Part shown: piece after piece, positions 20,437-29,249 of the stretch
Position numbering within the stretch: the first letter of the stretch is position 1
Layout: the number at the start of each line of letters is the position of its first letter
IMG/VR virus record: IMGVR_UViG_3300045988_066369
Location: 88,892-152,891 of that record
Strand: one strand, 5' to 3'
DNA: 64,000 nt
Origin: a virus
Notes under the pieces: generated by a model
The model's database searches: none
What the model saw: only the letters and a program-made list of their open reading frames with translations
Told to the model about the DNA's origin: nothing
Made by a program: the position numbers and the translations under genes

Positions 20437-20739
20437 TCATATCTCAATTGAATTAATAAATCTCGCATCATTAGCTAATTGATATACAGTAGTATTTAGC
20501 TCTGGCACATAGACTATATAGTAGTAATCAAAGAATTGATTATTATCCTCAAATCCTATGATTACTCCTTTTCGTCCTCCATCTACAATGCAGTCTCTAT
20601 ACATATATTTTGCAATATCTTGACGGATTCCGTCATGATTTATTACAGCCTGCAATGCAGAAAGTCCGTAGTAAGATGTATTTACACCCCTTATCTCATG
20701 TCCAAGCAAATCTTTATCAAAAGGAGAACTTACTATCAT
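20437..20739 (-). CDS. hypothetical protein
   Basis: 100 aa ORF. Confidence 0.35.
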   Translation of the reverse strand: MIVSSPFDKDLLGHEIRGVNTSYYGLSALQAVINHDGIRQDIAKYMYRDCIVDGGRKGVIIGFEDNNQFFDYYYIVYVPELNTTVYQLANDARFINSIEI

Positions 20740-21059
20740 AACAATACTTTAGTTAGGTCCTCTACAGTTAGATTAGCTATCTTCGATAATTCACAGATTT
20801 GGTTTGAGAAATCTAGCCTTGTTTTAAGTTCTAAATCCCTCCATTGCCGTACCTCCTCTCGACTCTTTCTAAGTTCTTCTTGTAAGTAGGATATAGCCGC
20901 CCTTGCTGACTTTAATTGCTCTGTAGAACAAACGACAAAGTGCTTAGCTTCCTTCTTATTTGTAGAAGGAAGAGCGGCCTCAGCCTCTTCAATACTATCG
21001 AACTGTCCTAAGATAAAAGGAATATTATTACATTCCTTAATTAAATAGTACTTACTCAT
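20736..21059 (-). CDS. hypothetical protein
   Basis: 107 aa ORF. Confidence 0.35.
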   Translation of the reverse strand: MSKYYLIKECNNIPFILGQFDSIEEAEAALPSTNKKEAKHFVVCSTEQLKSARAAISYLQEELRKSREEVRQWRDLELKTRLDFSNQICELSKIANLTVEDLTKVLL

Positions 21060-21276
21060 CTTTAATTCCTAGATAATCCTTTAATAATTGAATGTTTCCT
21101 TCTCTCAAATGCCGAATAAAAGCCTCCCTTTCTCTCTCAAATAGCAGAATTTTACTCTCTAACAGGTCTATTCGTCTTTGTTGATTTTCCTCGTATTCTT
21201 CAATAGCGTCGGAAATTGCTTTAAGTATAGAAGATTCCTTCATAGCGCTACTCATTGTAGAACTCTTCGTCCCCAT
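21052..21276 (-). CDS. hypothetical protein
   Basis: 74 aa ORF. Confidence 0.3.
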   Translation of the reverse strand: MGTKSSTMSSAMKESSILKAISDAIEEYEENQQRRIDLLESKILLFEREREAFIRHLREGNIQLLKDYLGIKDE

Positions 21277-21673
21277 TATCGTCGCCTATAGGATTCTCCC
21301 ATCCATACTTTACAGCAGTAGCCTTAAACAAAGGCAACCCATACATAGCATAATTCTCTTCAGGATAATTCTCTAAGCCCTCTTCTAGAACTTGATTCCG
21401 CCTTAGTACCACGTAGAACATTAGGCTAGCTGAAATGCCTCTCTGGTCTAGAGCCTTCTCAAAACCAAACTCCACGTCAGACTTAAGTTGCTCTAGGATA
21501 TTCTCTCTAGTCCATTCCTTAGGCTCTGGATAAGGCTCATCACCATCGTACTTGAAGCCTATTTTTTCTAACTGCTCTTCTGTTAAAAACTTTGCTAATC
21601 TAGAACCGAAACGGTCATCGAGAACTACGGCATAGTCTTTGTAATTGTCTAAAATCTCATTTAACGTTTTCAT
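21248..21673 (-). CDS. hypothetical protein
   Basis: 141 aa ORF. Confidence 0.4.
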   Translation of the reverse strand: MKTLNEILDNYKDYAVVLDDRFGSRLAKFLTEEQLEKIGFKYDGDEPYPEPKEWTRENILEQLKSDVEFGFEKALDQRGISASLMFYVVLRRNQVLEEGLENYPEENYAMYGLPLFKATAVKYGWENPIGDDNGDEEFYNE

Positions 21674-21676
21674 TTT

Positions 21677-21997
21677 TTACATATCTTTTAGGTAAATATT
21701 TTGAGGATATTCCCCGAATACTGATAGAGTTACAGCACAAATCCATACCCTGTCATTGTAATTCTTACTTTTGCATAAGTAAGTTGCTCCACATTCATCC
21801 TCCTCAATTTTAGACAACGTTATCTTAGCTGCAGCTGGGTCAACCATCTGCAATCTAACAAACTTATTATCTAGAGAATCAAGAAGTTCATCTGCACCAC
21901 CAACCATTGCTAGTTCCTCTGGTGTTCCGTCATAATCTGGCCACCAATAGAACCAGACTCCTCCAACCTTTACAAACTCAAATGTTTTTCTCATCAA
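21677..21997 (-). CDS. hypothetical protein
   Basis: 106 aa ORF. Confidence 0.4.
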   Translation of the reverse strand: MMRKTFEFVKVGGVWFYWWPDYDGTPEELAMVGGADELLDSLDNKFVRLQMVDPAAAKITLSKIEEDECGATYLCKSKNYNDRVWICAVTLSVFGEYPQNIYLKDM

Positions 21998-22054
21998 TTA
22001 TTAATTATATTAAACAAAAAATACCCCAACAACTTCCGCTGCTGGGGTACATAG

Positions 22055-22126
22055 TAACGCCAACGGGATTCGAACCCGTATGGCAGGCGTGAAAAGCCTG
22101 AATCCTAACCATTAGATGATGGCGCT
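22055..22126 (-). tRNA. tRNA-Glu (anticodon TTC)
   Basis: Acceptor agcgcca/tggcgtt, anticodon stem caggc/gcctg loop ttttcac, T-arm acggg-ttcgaat-cccgt. Confidence 0.75.
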
Positions 22127-22129
22127 ATC

Positions 22130-22804
22130 CTACTGCACAATTAAGCTATAAGCTTCTTGCAACAGTTTAATAGTTGGAACCATATGGTTATCAACAACTA
22201 TTATTTTATAAATGTTCAGAATTTCTTTGTAGGTTAAAGATGTACAAGTTAGAAATATCTGCACATCTTCGTTTACAGAACCATTTGACAATCCCAAATC
22301 TACTTTAATCATACTGGGTAATGTTCCAATCTGAGAAATATCCCAAGTAGATTTAGTTCTCCTGAAAACTTCCCGCTGTTTGGAGGTAAGTTGCTTTTCT
22401 TTCAATCTAGACTCGATAATAGTACCATCGAACGTTAACGAACCTCCATCGGTATTACTATTATTTAATGCTAGCTGAATCTTCTGAACTGCAGAGTCTT
22501 TAGGTTTTGGCTTAAGTTGTACTCCTTCCTTCAAGCCCTTAATAATCTGCAATGAAGGAATAAAGTCTTTTATTTGAGTTGCATTCCATACAAGAAATTT
22601 TCCAGGACTATCCTTAACAGTAACTATATACTTAGTCCCTCCGTTCAATGGAATAATCACTTGTAAGTCTGCATCACTCATTTTACTTAAATGGTCTGAT
22701 ACTCTAACTTTGACGTTTCCAATGACAAAGTAGCGAGAAACAGTTGTTTCCGCTTCGATAATCTCAGTAGCAGTTGCTACTAAATACTTTTCTAATCTAG
22801 TCAT
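22130..22804 (-). CDS. hypothetical protein; terminates with TAG immediately before tRNA-Glu
   Basis: 224 aa ORF; stop codon TAG (plus 22130-22132 cta). Confidence 0.45.
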   Translation of the reverse strand: MTRLEKYLVATATEIIEAETTVSRYFVIGNVKVRVSDHLSKMSDADLQVIIPLNGGTKYIVTVKDSPGKFLVWNATQIKDFIPSLQIIKGLKEGVQLKPKPKDSAVQKIQLALNNSNTDGGSLTFDGTIIESRLKEKQLTSKQREVFRRTKSTWDISQIGTLPSMIKVDLGLSNGSVNEDVQIFLTCTSLTYKEILNIYKIIVVDNHMVPTIKLLQEAYSLIVQ

Positions 22805-22831
22805 AAAAATTAATCTGATTTAATGGTTAAG

Positions 22832-22904
22832 ATCCCCCACTCGGATTCGAACCGAGGTCTCGAGATTACAAATCACGTGTTCTAACCAACTAAACTACAG
22901 GGGA
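22832..22904 (-). tRNA. tRNA-Thr (anticodon TGT)
   Basis: Acceptor tcccctg/tggggga, anticodon loop tttgtaa, T-arm ctcgg-ttcgaat-ccgag. Confidence 0.7.
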
Positions 22905-22911
22905 ATAAATG

Positions 22912-22983
22912 CCGAGACTGGGGGATTCGAACCCCAACCTTCACAGTGACAGTGTGATATGCAAGCCATTACACCACAGCCTC
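22912..22983 (-). tRNA. tRNA-Asp (anticodon GTC)
   Basis: Acceptor cgaggct/agtctcg, anticodon stem tcaca/tgtga loop ctgtcac, T-loop ttcgaat. Confidence 0.6.
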
Positions 22984-23315
22984 GAAAATGCAGGTATTTA
23001 TCTCGTTACACCTGCGATGGGATTTCTCACGACGGGTTAACAGCCCGCTGCCGTCGGCCACTTGGCTAACCATACATATTATTTCCTCCCAGACATCTGT
23101 AAGTACCCCATTGGTACTTACCTTTTAATGATATTTTTACTCTTGTCCTCTGTATGGAGGAGGTATTGTTCCAGACACTAACCAAGTGTAGTTCTTAGAA
23201 CTCTGTTCAAAATACCATTTAGCAGCTTTCTTTACAACATTAATTACTTTCTTCATAACATTAAAGTTTAAAATTGTTAATAATTAATCTAATAACAGAG
23301 CCACAAAAGGAGTTT

Positions 23316-23395
23316 AGTTGCGGAGGTAGGATTCGAACCGTTTATGACGATTTCTAGGTTATGAGCCTAGCGAGATGACCAACTTCTCTACTCCA
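23316..23395 (-). tRNA. tRNA-like element with perfect CAT anticodon arm but non-canonical T-arm (tRNA-Met/Ile2-like or pseudo-tRNA)
   Basis: Anticodon arm ctagg-ctcataa-cctag, D-loop-like agttggtcat, T-loop sequence ggttcgaatcc present but flanks do not pair. Confidence 0.35.
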
Positions 23396-23515
23396 CGATA
23401 TTAGTAGCTAATTTACATCCGCTACTCAGGGACGCCCTTCTAACCGTAGGTGACGACTGGGTGATAACGTAACCAGACACGTTAACTATTGTAGTTAAAA
23501 GACTTGCACGTCGAG

Positions 23516-23590
23516 ACTCGGTGGTCAGATTCGAACTGACGAATCAGCAGATTTGCAGTCTGAGCCATTAAACCACTCTGGTACACCGAG
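23516..23590 (-). tRNA. tRNA, anticodon uncertain (possibly GCA)
   Basis: Perfect acceptor ctcggtg/caccgag, T-arm gtcag-ttcgaat-ctgac; anticodon arm folds only as 4-bp stem with loop ctgcaaa. Confidence 0.5.
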
Positions 23591-23676
23591 GTGACTACTT
23601 CTCCACCCCGTAAGACTAGCTATTCGGAGATAAGACCAGTTACAACTTGTAACTGCTGTGGAGCCTTGTTTCGTCG

Positions 23677-23758
23677 TTCCGATTAAAGGATTTGAACCTC
23701 TGACCTCCCACTAATGCTTTATTGGTATGGGCGCTCTACCATACTGAGCTAAATCGGA
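23677..23758 (-). tRNA. tRNA-like with expanded (about 15 nt) anticodon loop accaataaagcatta
   Basis: Acceptor tccgatt/aatcgga, D-arm gctc-agtatggtag-agc, T-arm agagg-ttcaaat-ccttt all canonical; anticodon stem cccat/gtggg closes a 15-nt loop. Confidence 0.45.
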
Positions 23759-23762
23759 AAAG

Positions 23763-23834
23763 AGTGGATAATGAGAATCGAACTCACATCCTCGGCATGG
23801 CAAGCCGATGCACTAACCATTGTGCTATACCCAC
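23763..23834 (-). tRNA. tRNA-Gly (anticodon GCC)
   Basis: Acceptor gtgggta/tatccac, anticodon stem tcggc/gccga loop ttgccat, T-loop ttcgatt. Confidence 0.7.
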
Positions 23835-23839
23835 AAATG

Positions 23840-23914
23840 TGCAGGTAGAGAGACTCGAACTCTCCCCTCCAGATTGGAAGTCTGGCGTGCTCAATCCATT
23901 AACACCACACCTGC
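23840..23914 (-). tRNA. tRNA-Gly (anticodon TCC)
   Basis: Acceptor gcaggtg/tacctgc, anticodon stem ccaga/tctgg loop cttccaa, T-arm gagag-ttcgagt-ctctc. Confidence 0.7.
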
Positions 23915-23949
23915 ATAATGGAGAGTTTTACGATACTCTCCTAAACGAA

Positions 23950-24294
23950 TTACTCAGATAACAGCTCCTGCATATCAATCTCGCCAGCTACCTTAGTAAT
24001 AGCGATTTTGAACGGATTCCCCTTAATTTTGTCAAACAAGTGAGCATCACGAGTTTCTTTCACCTCGTCAGGGACGTTAAATTTCTTCTTGCCTTTCTCT
24101 ATGGTTTTCCATGTAACCACCTCGCAGCGAGTTATCTCGTAAACGCTGTCGTTTCGGTCAACGTAAACCTTGAAAAAGTTCTTTTTGTAGTTGAACTTCT
24201 CAACCCTTTTGAAATTCTTGGGATGAGCGTGGAACTTCAAGTCGCATTTTCCATTAGCTAAGAAAATCAATTCTGCCATAATAATACTCCGCAT
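23950..24294 (-). CDS. hypothetical protein
   Basis: 114 aa ORF. Confidence 0.4.
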   Translation of the reverse strand: MRSIIMAELIFLANGKCDLKFHAHPKNFKRVEKFNYKKNFFKVYVDRNDSVYEITRCEVVTWKTIEKGKKKFNVPDEVKETRDAHLFDKIKGNPFKIAITKVAGEIDMQELLSE

Positions 24295-24415
24295 AGTCGG
24301 AGATTCAAAGTTAAACTATGTTAATTCCAGTCTTTCGTCTGGCACTCCACCTCGTTTTAACCAATAGCTACTATTATTCACTATTTGAGCTAAGCTCTAA
24401 ACTGGGATAAAGGTA

Positions 24416-24766
24416 TTAGTCTATGTAAATAAACGGTTTTCCAAATTCTTCCATGAAGGATTCAAACCATCCCTCCATTTCTTCGTCACTATCAAAATAG
24501 ATAGATTCATCATGTCTTTTAGAGAACTCTAAAATGATATGAGGTTTCTGATATACTATTCCATCCTTGTAGAAGGCATATCTCTTCTCTAAAGATGAAA
24601 TCATTTTTTCTTCCGTATAAGTTCCAAAACATGGGTACCAATAATCTCGATGTATTTTCCAAAACAAGAATCGGTAATCGTCCACATAATGTACCCAATC
24701 GGGATGCTTTCTAGTTTTAAAAACTAAAACTCTCTTTACTAAACTTCCATTAATATACTTGTCCAT
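24416..24766 (-). CDS. hypothetical protein
   Basis: 116 aa ORF. Confidence 0.4.
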   Translation of the reverse strand: MDKYINGSLVKRVLVFKTRKHPDWVHYVDDYRFLFWKIHRDYWYPCFGTYTEEKMISSLEKRYAFYKDGIVYQKPHIILEFSKRHDESIYFDSDEEMEGWFESFMEEFGKPFIYID

Positions 24767-24769
24767 ACT

Positions 24770-25198
24770 TTAATCCCAATATTCTGGGCAGTTTTCAGTC
24801 ATTAATAATCCCTTTTCGCAAAAGCCTTTATCATAGAAAATGCAGGATGAACACGAAAGATTGTCCCTAGATTCATATTCTTGAATACCTTCTTGAATAT
24901 CTCTTTTTGCTTTATATCTATCCTTTCTATTCTCTTTCTTGTATTCATATTGCATCATTCTGCTTCTATAAGGAGAAGTGCAATTCTTAAGCATCTTTGC
25001 GTATTTAGAACTATCAAGGAAATCCGTAATTGACTCACAGACCTTCAACGCCTTATTCCTTATTATAGGAACATTATACCTTACATTGGCTTTAATCCCG
25101 GCAACAGGTACGTAAAATTTACCGCAAGCGTTGTAAACCTTTTTAGCTCTCGAAATCCACTTTCTTTTAGAAAGTTCTCTTCTTAATTCTCTATCCAT
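24770..25198 (-). CDS. hypothetical Cys-rich protein (start trimmed to Met33; upstream part of track ORF is tRNA-Cys sequence)
   Basis: Track ORF 24770..25294 overlaps tRNA at 25219-25292; internal ATG at 25198. Confidence 0.4.
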   Translation of the reverse strand: MDRELRRELSKRKWISRAKKVYNACGKFYVPVAGIKANVRYNVPIIRNKALKVCESITDFLDSSKYAKMLKNCTSPYRSRMMQYEYKKENRKDRYKAKRDIQEGIQEYESRDNLSCSSCIFYDKGFCEKGLLMTENCPEYWD

Positions 25199-25218
25199 AA
25201 GCAATAAGATTAGTGTAG

Positions 25219-25292
25219 AATCTAGAGTGGGATTCGAACCCACGAAACACGGTTTTGCAGACCGTTCCCTTAGACCGCTCGGGCATCTAGAC
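25219..25292 (-). tRNA. tRNA-Cys (anticodon GCA)
   Basis: Acceptor gtctaga/tctagat, anticodon stem acggt/accgt loop ctgcaaa, T-arm gtggg-ttcgaat-cccac. Confidence 0.65.
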
Positions 25293-25319
25293 ATAAAGGG
25301 GAGACTAGCTCCCCAAGTT

Positions 25320-26732
25320 TTATAGTACCAAAGAGTTGTAAGTACCTCTACGATACAGAGACGGTTTACTATTTGGATCTTTAATCCAGTAGTAATTAAT
25401 TTTGTTGTCGTCTTTAGTAACCACGATTCCTAGTTTCTTGTCAATCGCAATAATTTCGTCATTATAGAAGTCATCTCCAACTGCCAGATTTGCGAACTTA
25501 ATATCCGAAGATACATAGTAATATGACAGATTGTGGAAATTGTGGCGGCGATATTCATAATACTCGTTAAGAGCTTTTCTTTCCTCAACAGTACAGTTAT
25601 CCTCATCGTCTACAATGGGCCTTGGCATCGGATTGTTGAATCTCTCAACAGCTTTAGAGAACTCTTCAATAGAGAATTTATTCTTATCAGCAGAAATCTC
25701 ACCAGCATATGCATAACCTCTAATGCAGGAATAGTCATACTCATTAGTTACTACGTTGAAGAAGCCTTTAGCTCTTCTCAATCCTTCTATACCGTGAATA
25801 TTGACCTCATTAACTATAGTTTTGAGAATATCAATAGTAGATATAGTCAAAGAATCAATGAAATCAAGCAAATCTTGACGAGCTTCCGGCACTTGAAGTG
25901 CGTCGTCCAGATATTCGTTCACAACCTTCAAATCCAAGTTGCCAAATTCCTTGACATAACGGATTCTAGACGGACGTCCTACCATATTCTCATTGATGGT
26001 CATGGCATTAGTAGTAAGCAGGAAAACCTTGCGATACTTAGAGTTGTAAACACCGTCCATGATTTGCAAGATAGTAGAATCCGATTCACTGAAATTCTTT
26101 TCAAATTCATCCAAGAACAGAATGCAATCTCCTTCAATACCAGAAAGGAACTCAATCATAGATTGATTATGGTCTCCCATATCCTTTACGATAATGATGG
26201 GCAGATTTAGCTTGTTAGCTAGTTCCTTAGCGGTAACAGTCTTTCCAGTGCCCTTTGTACCAGTAAGCATAATTCCGAGATTGCCTTCTGTAGCGTGATA
26301 CGTCTTAATTACATGGTCAATAAACTCGTTCTGCAAACCATACATTTTGTACGGGAATACAAACTTATCCGCATATCTGTCTAGGTGATAACCTGTCATT
26401 GTCAGACAAATACTGTAGATTCCAACTGGGAGAGACTGCTCAACGCTATAGCCTGAGCTTACCTGGGTATATGTAGACCCAGAACACATCCAAACTTTGT
26501 TCATTTTTTCTTTTTCTAAGTTACTTAAAACAGATGCCTGTTTGAGACATCCTACTAATTGATTAGCTATAGATTCTATAGCTTCTTTGTTATCAGTTTC
26601 CTCTGAGAGTCTTTTTACAAACCACTCTTTAGAACGGGCAACTATTTGCTCATCAGTCTCATTTTCGGAGATTGTTTCAGCAAATTCATGGTAGATACTA
26701 GTCAGCTTACCTTCTAATTCTTCTACGGTCAT
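25320..26732 (-). CDS. AAA+ ATPase
   Basis: 470 aa; Walker A GTKGTGKT, Walker B ILFLDEFE. Confidence 0.65.
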   Translation of the reverse strand: MTVEELEGKLTSIYHEFAETISENETDEQIVARSKEWFVKRLSEETDNKEAIESIANQLVGCLKQASVLSNLEKEKMNKVWMCSGSTYTQVSSGYSVEQSLPVGIYSICLTMTGYHLDRYADKFVFPYKMYGLQNEFIDHVIKTYHATEGNLGIMLTGTKGTGKTVTAKELANKLNLPIIIVKDMGDHNQSMIEFLSGIEGDCILFLDEFEKNFSESDSTILQIMDGVYNSKYRKVFLLTTNAMTINENMVGRPSRIRYVKEFGNLDLKVVNEYLDDALQVPEARQDLLDFIDSLTISTIDILKTIVNEVNIHGIEGLRRAKGFFNVVTNEYDYSCIRGYAYAGEISADKNKFSIEEFSKAVERFNNPMPRPIVDDEDNCTVEERKALNEYYEYRRHNFHNLSYYYVSSDIKFANLAVGDDFYNDEIIAIDKKLGIVVTKDDNKINYYWIKDPNSKPSLYRRGTYNSLVL

Positions 26733-26918
26733 TAGTAATCCTCCTCGTTATGTTCATTAGTTATGAGAGAACGAGCCTTTTCTATGCCGGATTTGTAAGC
26801 CTCTGTAACAAACACTATGGCAGTTTTTAGGTCCATTTGACCCATGGAATTGCCATTGTCTACCATTTCCTGAATAATTTCACTTAACTCTTTCATATTA
26901 CTTAATAAATAAAAGTTG

Positions 26919-27000
26919 TAGGGTAGGAGGGACTCGAACCCTCACGCCTTGCGGCACATGGGCCTAAACCATGCCTGTCTACCAATTCCAGCACTACCCC
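26919..27000 (-). tRNA. tRNA-Leu (anticodon TAG), type II
   Basis: Acceptor ggggtag/ctaccct, anticodon stem catgg/ccatg loop tttaggc, long variable arm, T-arm gaggg-ttcgagt-ccctc. Confidence 0.7.
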
Positions 27001-27009
27001 TTGCTCTAG

Positions 27010-27448
27010 TTAATTGTTATTATAATTGTGAAGTTGCATATGACAGTTAGAGCAAACTATCATTAGATTATCCAACTTATTATTATAATGGTTATTATCC
27101 TTGTGATGTAATTCTAAAGGAATTTTCATTCCCATCCACTCTGATAATCCACAACGCTCACACTTATCTTCTTTATATCCATCCTCTATTAATCTTATCC
27201 TCTTTCTAGAATTAGAAACATTAGGATTTTCTATCAGGTCTAAAGCATCTTTCCTCTTTGGGTCTAGTCTTTTTCCCTTAGAACCTTGATTCCCCTTATA
27301 CTCTATTCCCATCTTAATATAATAGGATTTTAAAGTATCAACCTTGCAATTTAGTCTTCTAGCTATTTCAGCATTAGACTCATTTTCTGAAATCCATTGT
27401 CGGATTTCCTATTCTCTTTCTAAAATGTCGATTCTTGCCTTTGCCATA
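27010..27448 (-). CDS. HNH homing endonuclease with N-terminal helix-turn-helix domain; contains one in-frame TAG (read as sense)
   Basis: Track ORF 27010..27312 has HNH motif CERCG...ELHHKD...CSNCH; upstream in same frame MAKARIDILERE(TAG)EIRQWISENESNAEIARRLNCKVDTLKSYYIK joins directly. Confidence 0.55.
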
Positions 27449-27482
27449 TTAAATACTATAAATTCCGCCACTACCCCAACTG

Positions 27483-27755
27483 TTAGGTTGCTTTTATTTC
27501 TTTAGCAACCTTAACCATTTCGTTATATTTCTCTACTACCTTATTAAAGTCTTCCTCAGATATTTGAAAAACTTTGTGAGAGTTTCCATACCACTCTTCT
27601 TGACCAGGAAGCCACATTACATTAATATATCTCTTCTTTTCTAATTCCATATGTACCTTAGATGAATCAATATAAACTGAATAGGCATCCTCTTCGATTC
27701 TACTACTTCGTGGATCTGTTGGGTCGGATGTAAGTCTGAAAAACATTGTTGACAT
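27483..27755 (-). CDS. hypothetical protein
   Basis: 90 aa ORF. Confidence 0.35.
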   Translation of the reverse strand: MSTMFFRLTSDPTDPRSSRIEEDAYSVYIDSSKVHMELEKKRYINVMWLPGQEEWYGNSHKVFQISEEDFNKVVEKYNEMVKVAKEIKAT

Positions 27756-27946
27756 ACCATTGAAGTCTATCTTGAAACACTTTCCTATATAGCTTTTAAG
27801 TAGTGCTTTATGTCTATTATCGCTATCTACCTTCTCTTGGCGTCTCTTCCGTTCTTCTTCCTTAACATATTCATTATACTCTCTTAGAGTGCTGTCTGGA
27901 TGCTTGTCCAGATATTCTTCTATAGGACTCTTTCTTCCCCCACATA

Positions 27947-28363
27947 TTATACTACTTTAAGATGGCAATAAATACTAAATTCTGGAATTGGAATCCAAGT
28001 TGCAATACCATTGCTATCTACTGGTTTACCCTTGTTGATTGTACAAATAGTGATATGAGGTTTAGCATTTGCACAAGGCAGATATTGGTCTCCCAATTCT
28101 ACTCCAAAAGCTATTGCTTTCTCAGAAATCCCTATTTTGTTTACAATTAATCGAAAATTACCATCTATACGATATTGTAGGTCATTAGCCATCTTTTCTT
28201 CATGTTGATTTTTATGGAGAAGAGTGCAATGATCTAAATAAATAGTACTTCCTCTTTGGAACACCAGATTGCAAATGATGGGATTTCCAATGATAACTTG
28301 CATAAGTTTGTTTCTAGTTGGTTCATCTAAGAACAATCCAAAATACTGATAATTCATACTCAA
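27947..28363 (-). CDS. hypothetical protein
   Basis: 138 aa ORF. Confidence 0.4.
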   Translation of the reverse strand: MSMNYQYFGLFLDEPTRNKLMQVIIGNPIICNLVFQRGSTIYLDHCTLLHKNQHEEKMANDLQYRIDGNFRLIVNKIGISEKAIAFGVELGDQYLPCANAKPHITICTINKGKPVDSNGIATWIPIPEFSIYCHLKVV

Positions 28364-28378
28364 AAATTTAAATATTTG

Positions 28379-28451
28379 TTGGGAGTGCCAGATTCGAACT
28401 GACGACCTCTGGGCTATGCACCCAGCGAGCTGACCACTGCTCTAACTCCCA
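28379..28451 (-). tRNA. tRNA-Met (anticodon CAT)
   Basis: Acceptor tgggagt/actccca, D-arm gagc-agtggtcag-ctc, anticodon stem ctggg/cccag loop tgcatag, T-arm gtcag-ttcgaat-ctggc. Confidence 0.75.
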
Positions 28452-28505
28452 TAGATTAATACATTGTCCTAGGCTATACCAATCTATACTATCTATCTTC
28501 CGATA

Positions 28506-28540
28506 AACAGATGTGGACCTAGAGGGCTTTGAACCCCCGA
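28506..28540 (-). pseudogene. 3' fragment of a tRNA (variable loop + T-arm + acceptor 3' strand taggtcc) matching the 5' tRNA-His-like fragment at 29250-29293
   Basis: ggtc-ggggg-ttcaaag-ccctc-taggtcc-a; 7/7 complementarity to acceptor ggaccta located about 750 bp away. Confidence 0.45.
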
Positions 28541-28548
28541 CCTTCTGA

Positions 28549-29145
28549 TTATGAGTCTTTCTTTCTTATTCCTTGAATAACTCTGCGAGTTAATCCAAAA
28601 TGCTGTGCAACTTTCTCCCAATTCTTAAGTATTTCATACTGCTCATTTACTTCTTCTAGAGAAGGATAATGTTTATCAGCATCTCTGCATTCCTTAGAAC
28701 AGTATATCTTACCCTTAGATTTAGGAAATCTTTTGCCGCATACTGGGCATACAGACCCAGTCATGTTTTCAAAAGACGTCTTATCTTTGGCTTCAGTATT
28801 AACTAAATCTTCAACTTCGTCCATTCCCAAGTGAGGATTATGTACTTCTCTATGACAATTAGCGCATAGAAGTTGACATTTATCTGCTTCCTCTTTAAGC
28901 CTTTCTAGACTTGTATTAGATAAATGTCTCATATCTAACTGAAACTCTTTCTCATCTGGATTGATATGGTGAAATTCTAGAACAGCTATGTTTCTATCAT
29001 AGCCACATAGTTCACATTTACCACCACGAGATTTTATTAGCTCTAATTTGCGCTTTAAACCTCTTAACTTTTGTGTATTATAATCATTGTAATTCATATA
29101 CAAATATATATGAAAATAATCATAATACCAAATGTTTTGGTGCAA
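28549..29145 (-). CDS. HNH homing endonuclease with C-terminal zinc-ribbon
   Basis: 198 aa; CELCGY...EFHHINP...CANCHREVH HNH motif; CPVCGK...CSKEC. Confidence 0.65.
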   Translation of the reverse strand: MHQNIWYYDYFHIYLYMNYNDYNTQKLRGLKRKLELIKSRGGKCELCGYDRNIAVLEFHHINPDEKEFQLDMRHLSNTSLERLKEEADKCQLLCANCHREVHNPHLGMDEVEDLVNTEAKDKTSFENMTGSVCPVCGKRFPKSKGKIYCSKECRDADKHYPSLEEVNEQYEILKNWEKVAQHFGLTRRVIQGIRKKDS

Positions 29146-29170
29146 AATTAAAAATTCAATCCAGAAGCTG

Positions 29171-29247
29171 TAGGGACGGTGGGGTTTGAACCCACGTGCG
29201 ACCGACTACCCTTTCTACAAGGTATAAGCTTGAGGGGATACGTCCCT
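29171..29247 (-). tRNA. tRNA-like element (perfect acceptor agggacg/cgtccct and T-arm gtggg-ttcaaac-cccac; D/anticodon region non-canonical)
   Basis: Hand fold; 77 nt; internal coaxial hairpin ccct-caag-[cttatac]-cttg...aggg. Confidence 0.4.
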
Positions 29248-29249
29248 AT

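Noticed and set aside
24770-25294. N-terminal portions of track ORFs that run across tRNA genes (24770..25294, 29651..30085, 34133..34348, 37524..37745, 44878..45180, 36814..37035)
   Set aside because: The extensions are translations of tRNA sequence, for example the GSNPS strings from ggttcgaatcc. Genes were trimmed to internal start codons or rejected.
28506-28548. 3' tRNA fragment as a phage attP core for integration into a host tRNA gene
   Set aside because: No integrase or recombinase is evident nearby. The fragment pairs precisely with a 5' tRNA fragment about 750 bp away within the phage. An internal split by an HNH cassette explains it better.
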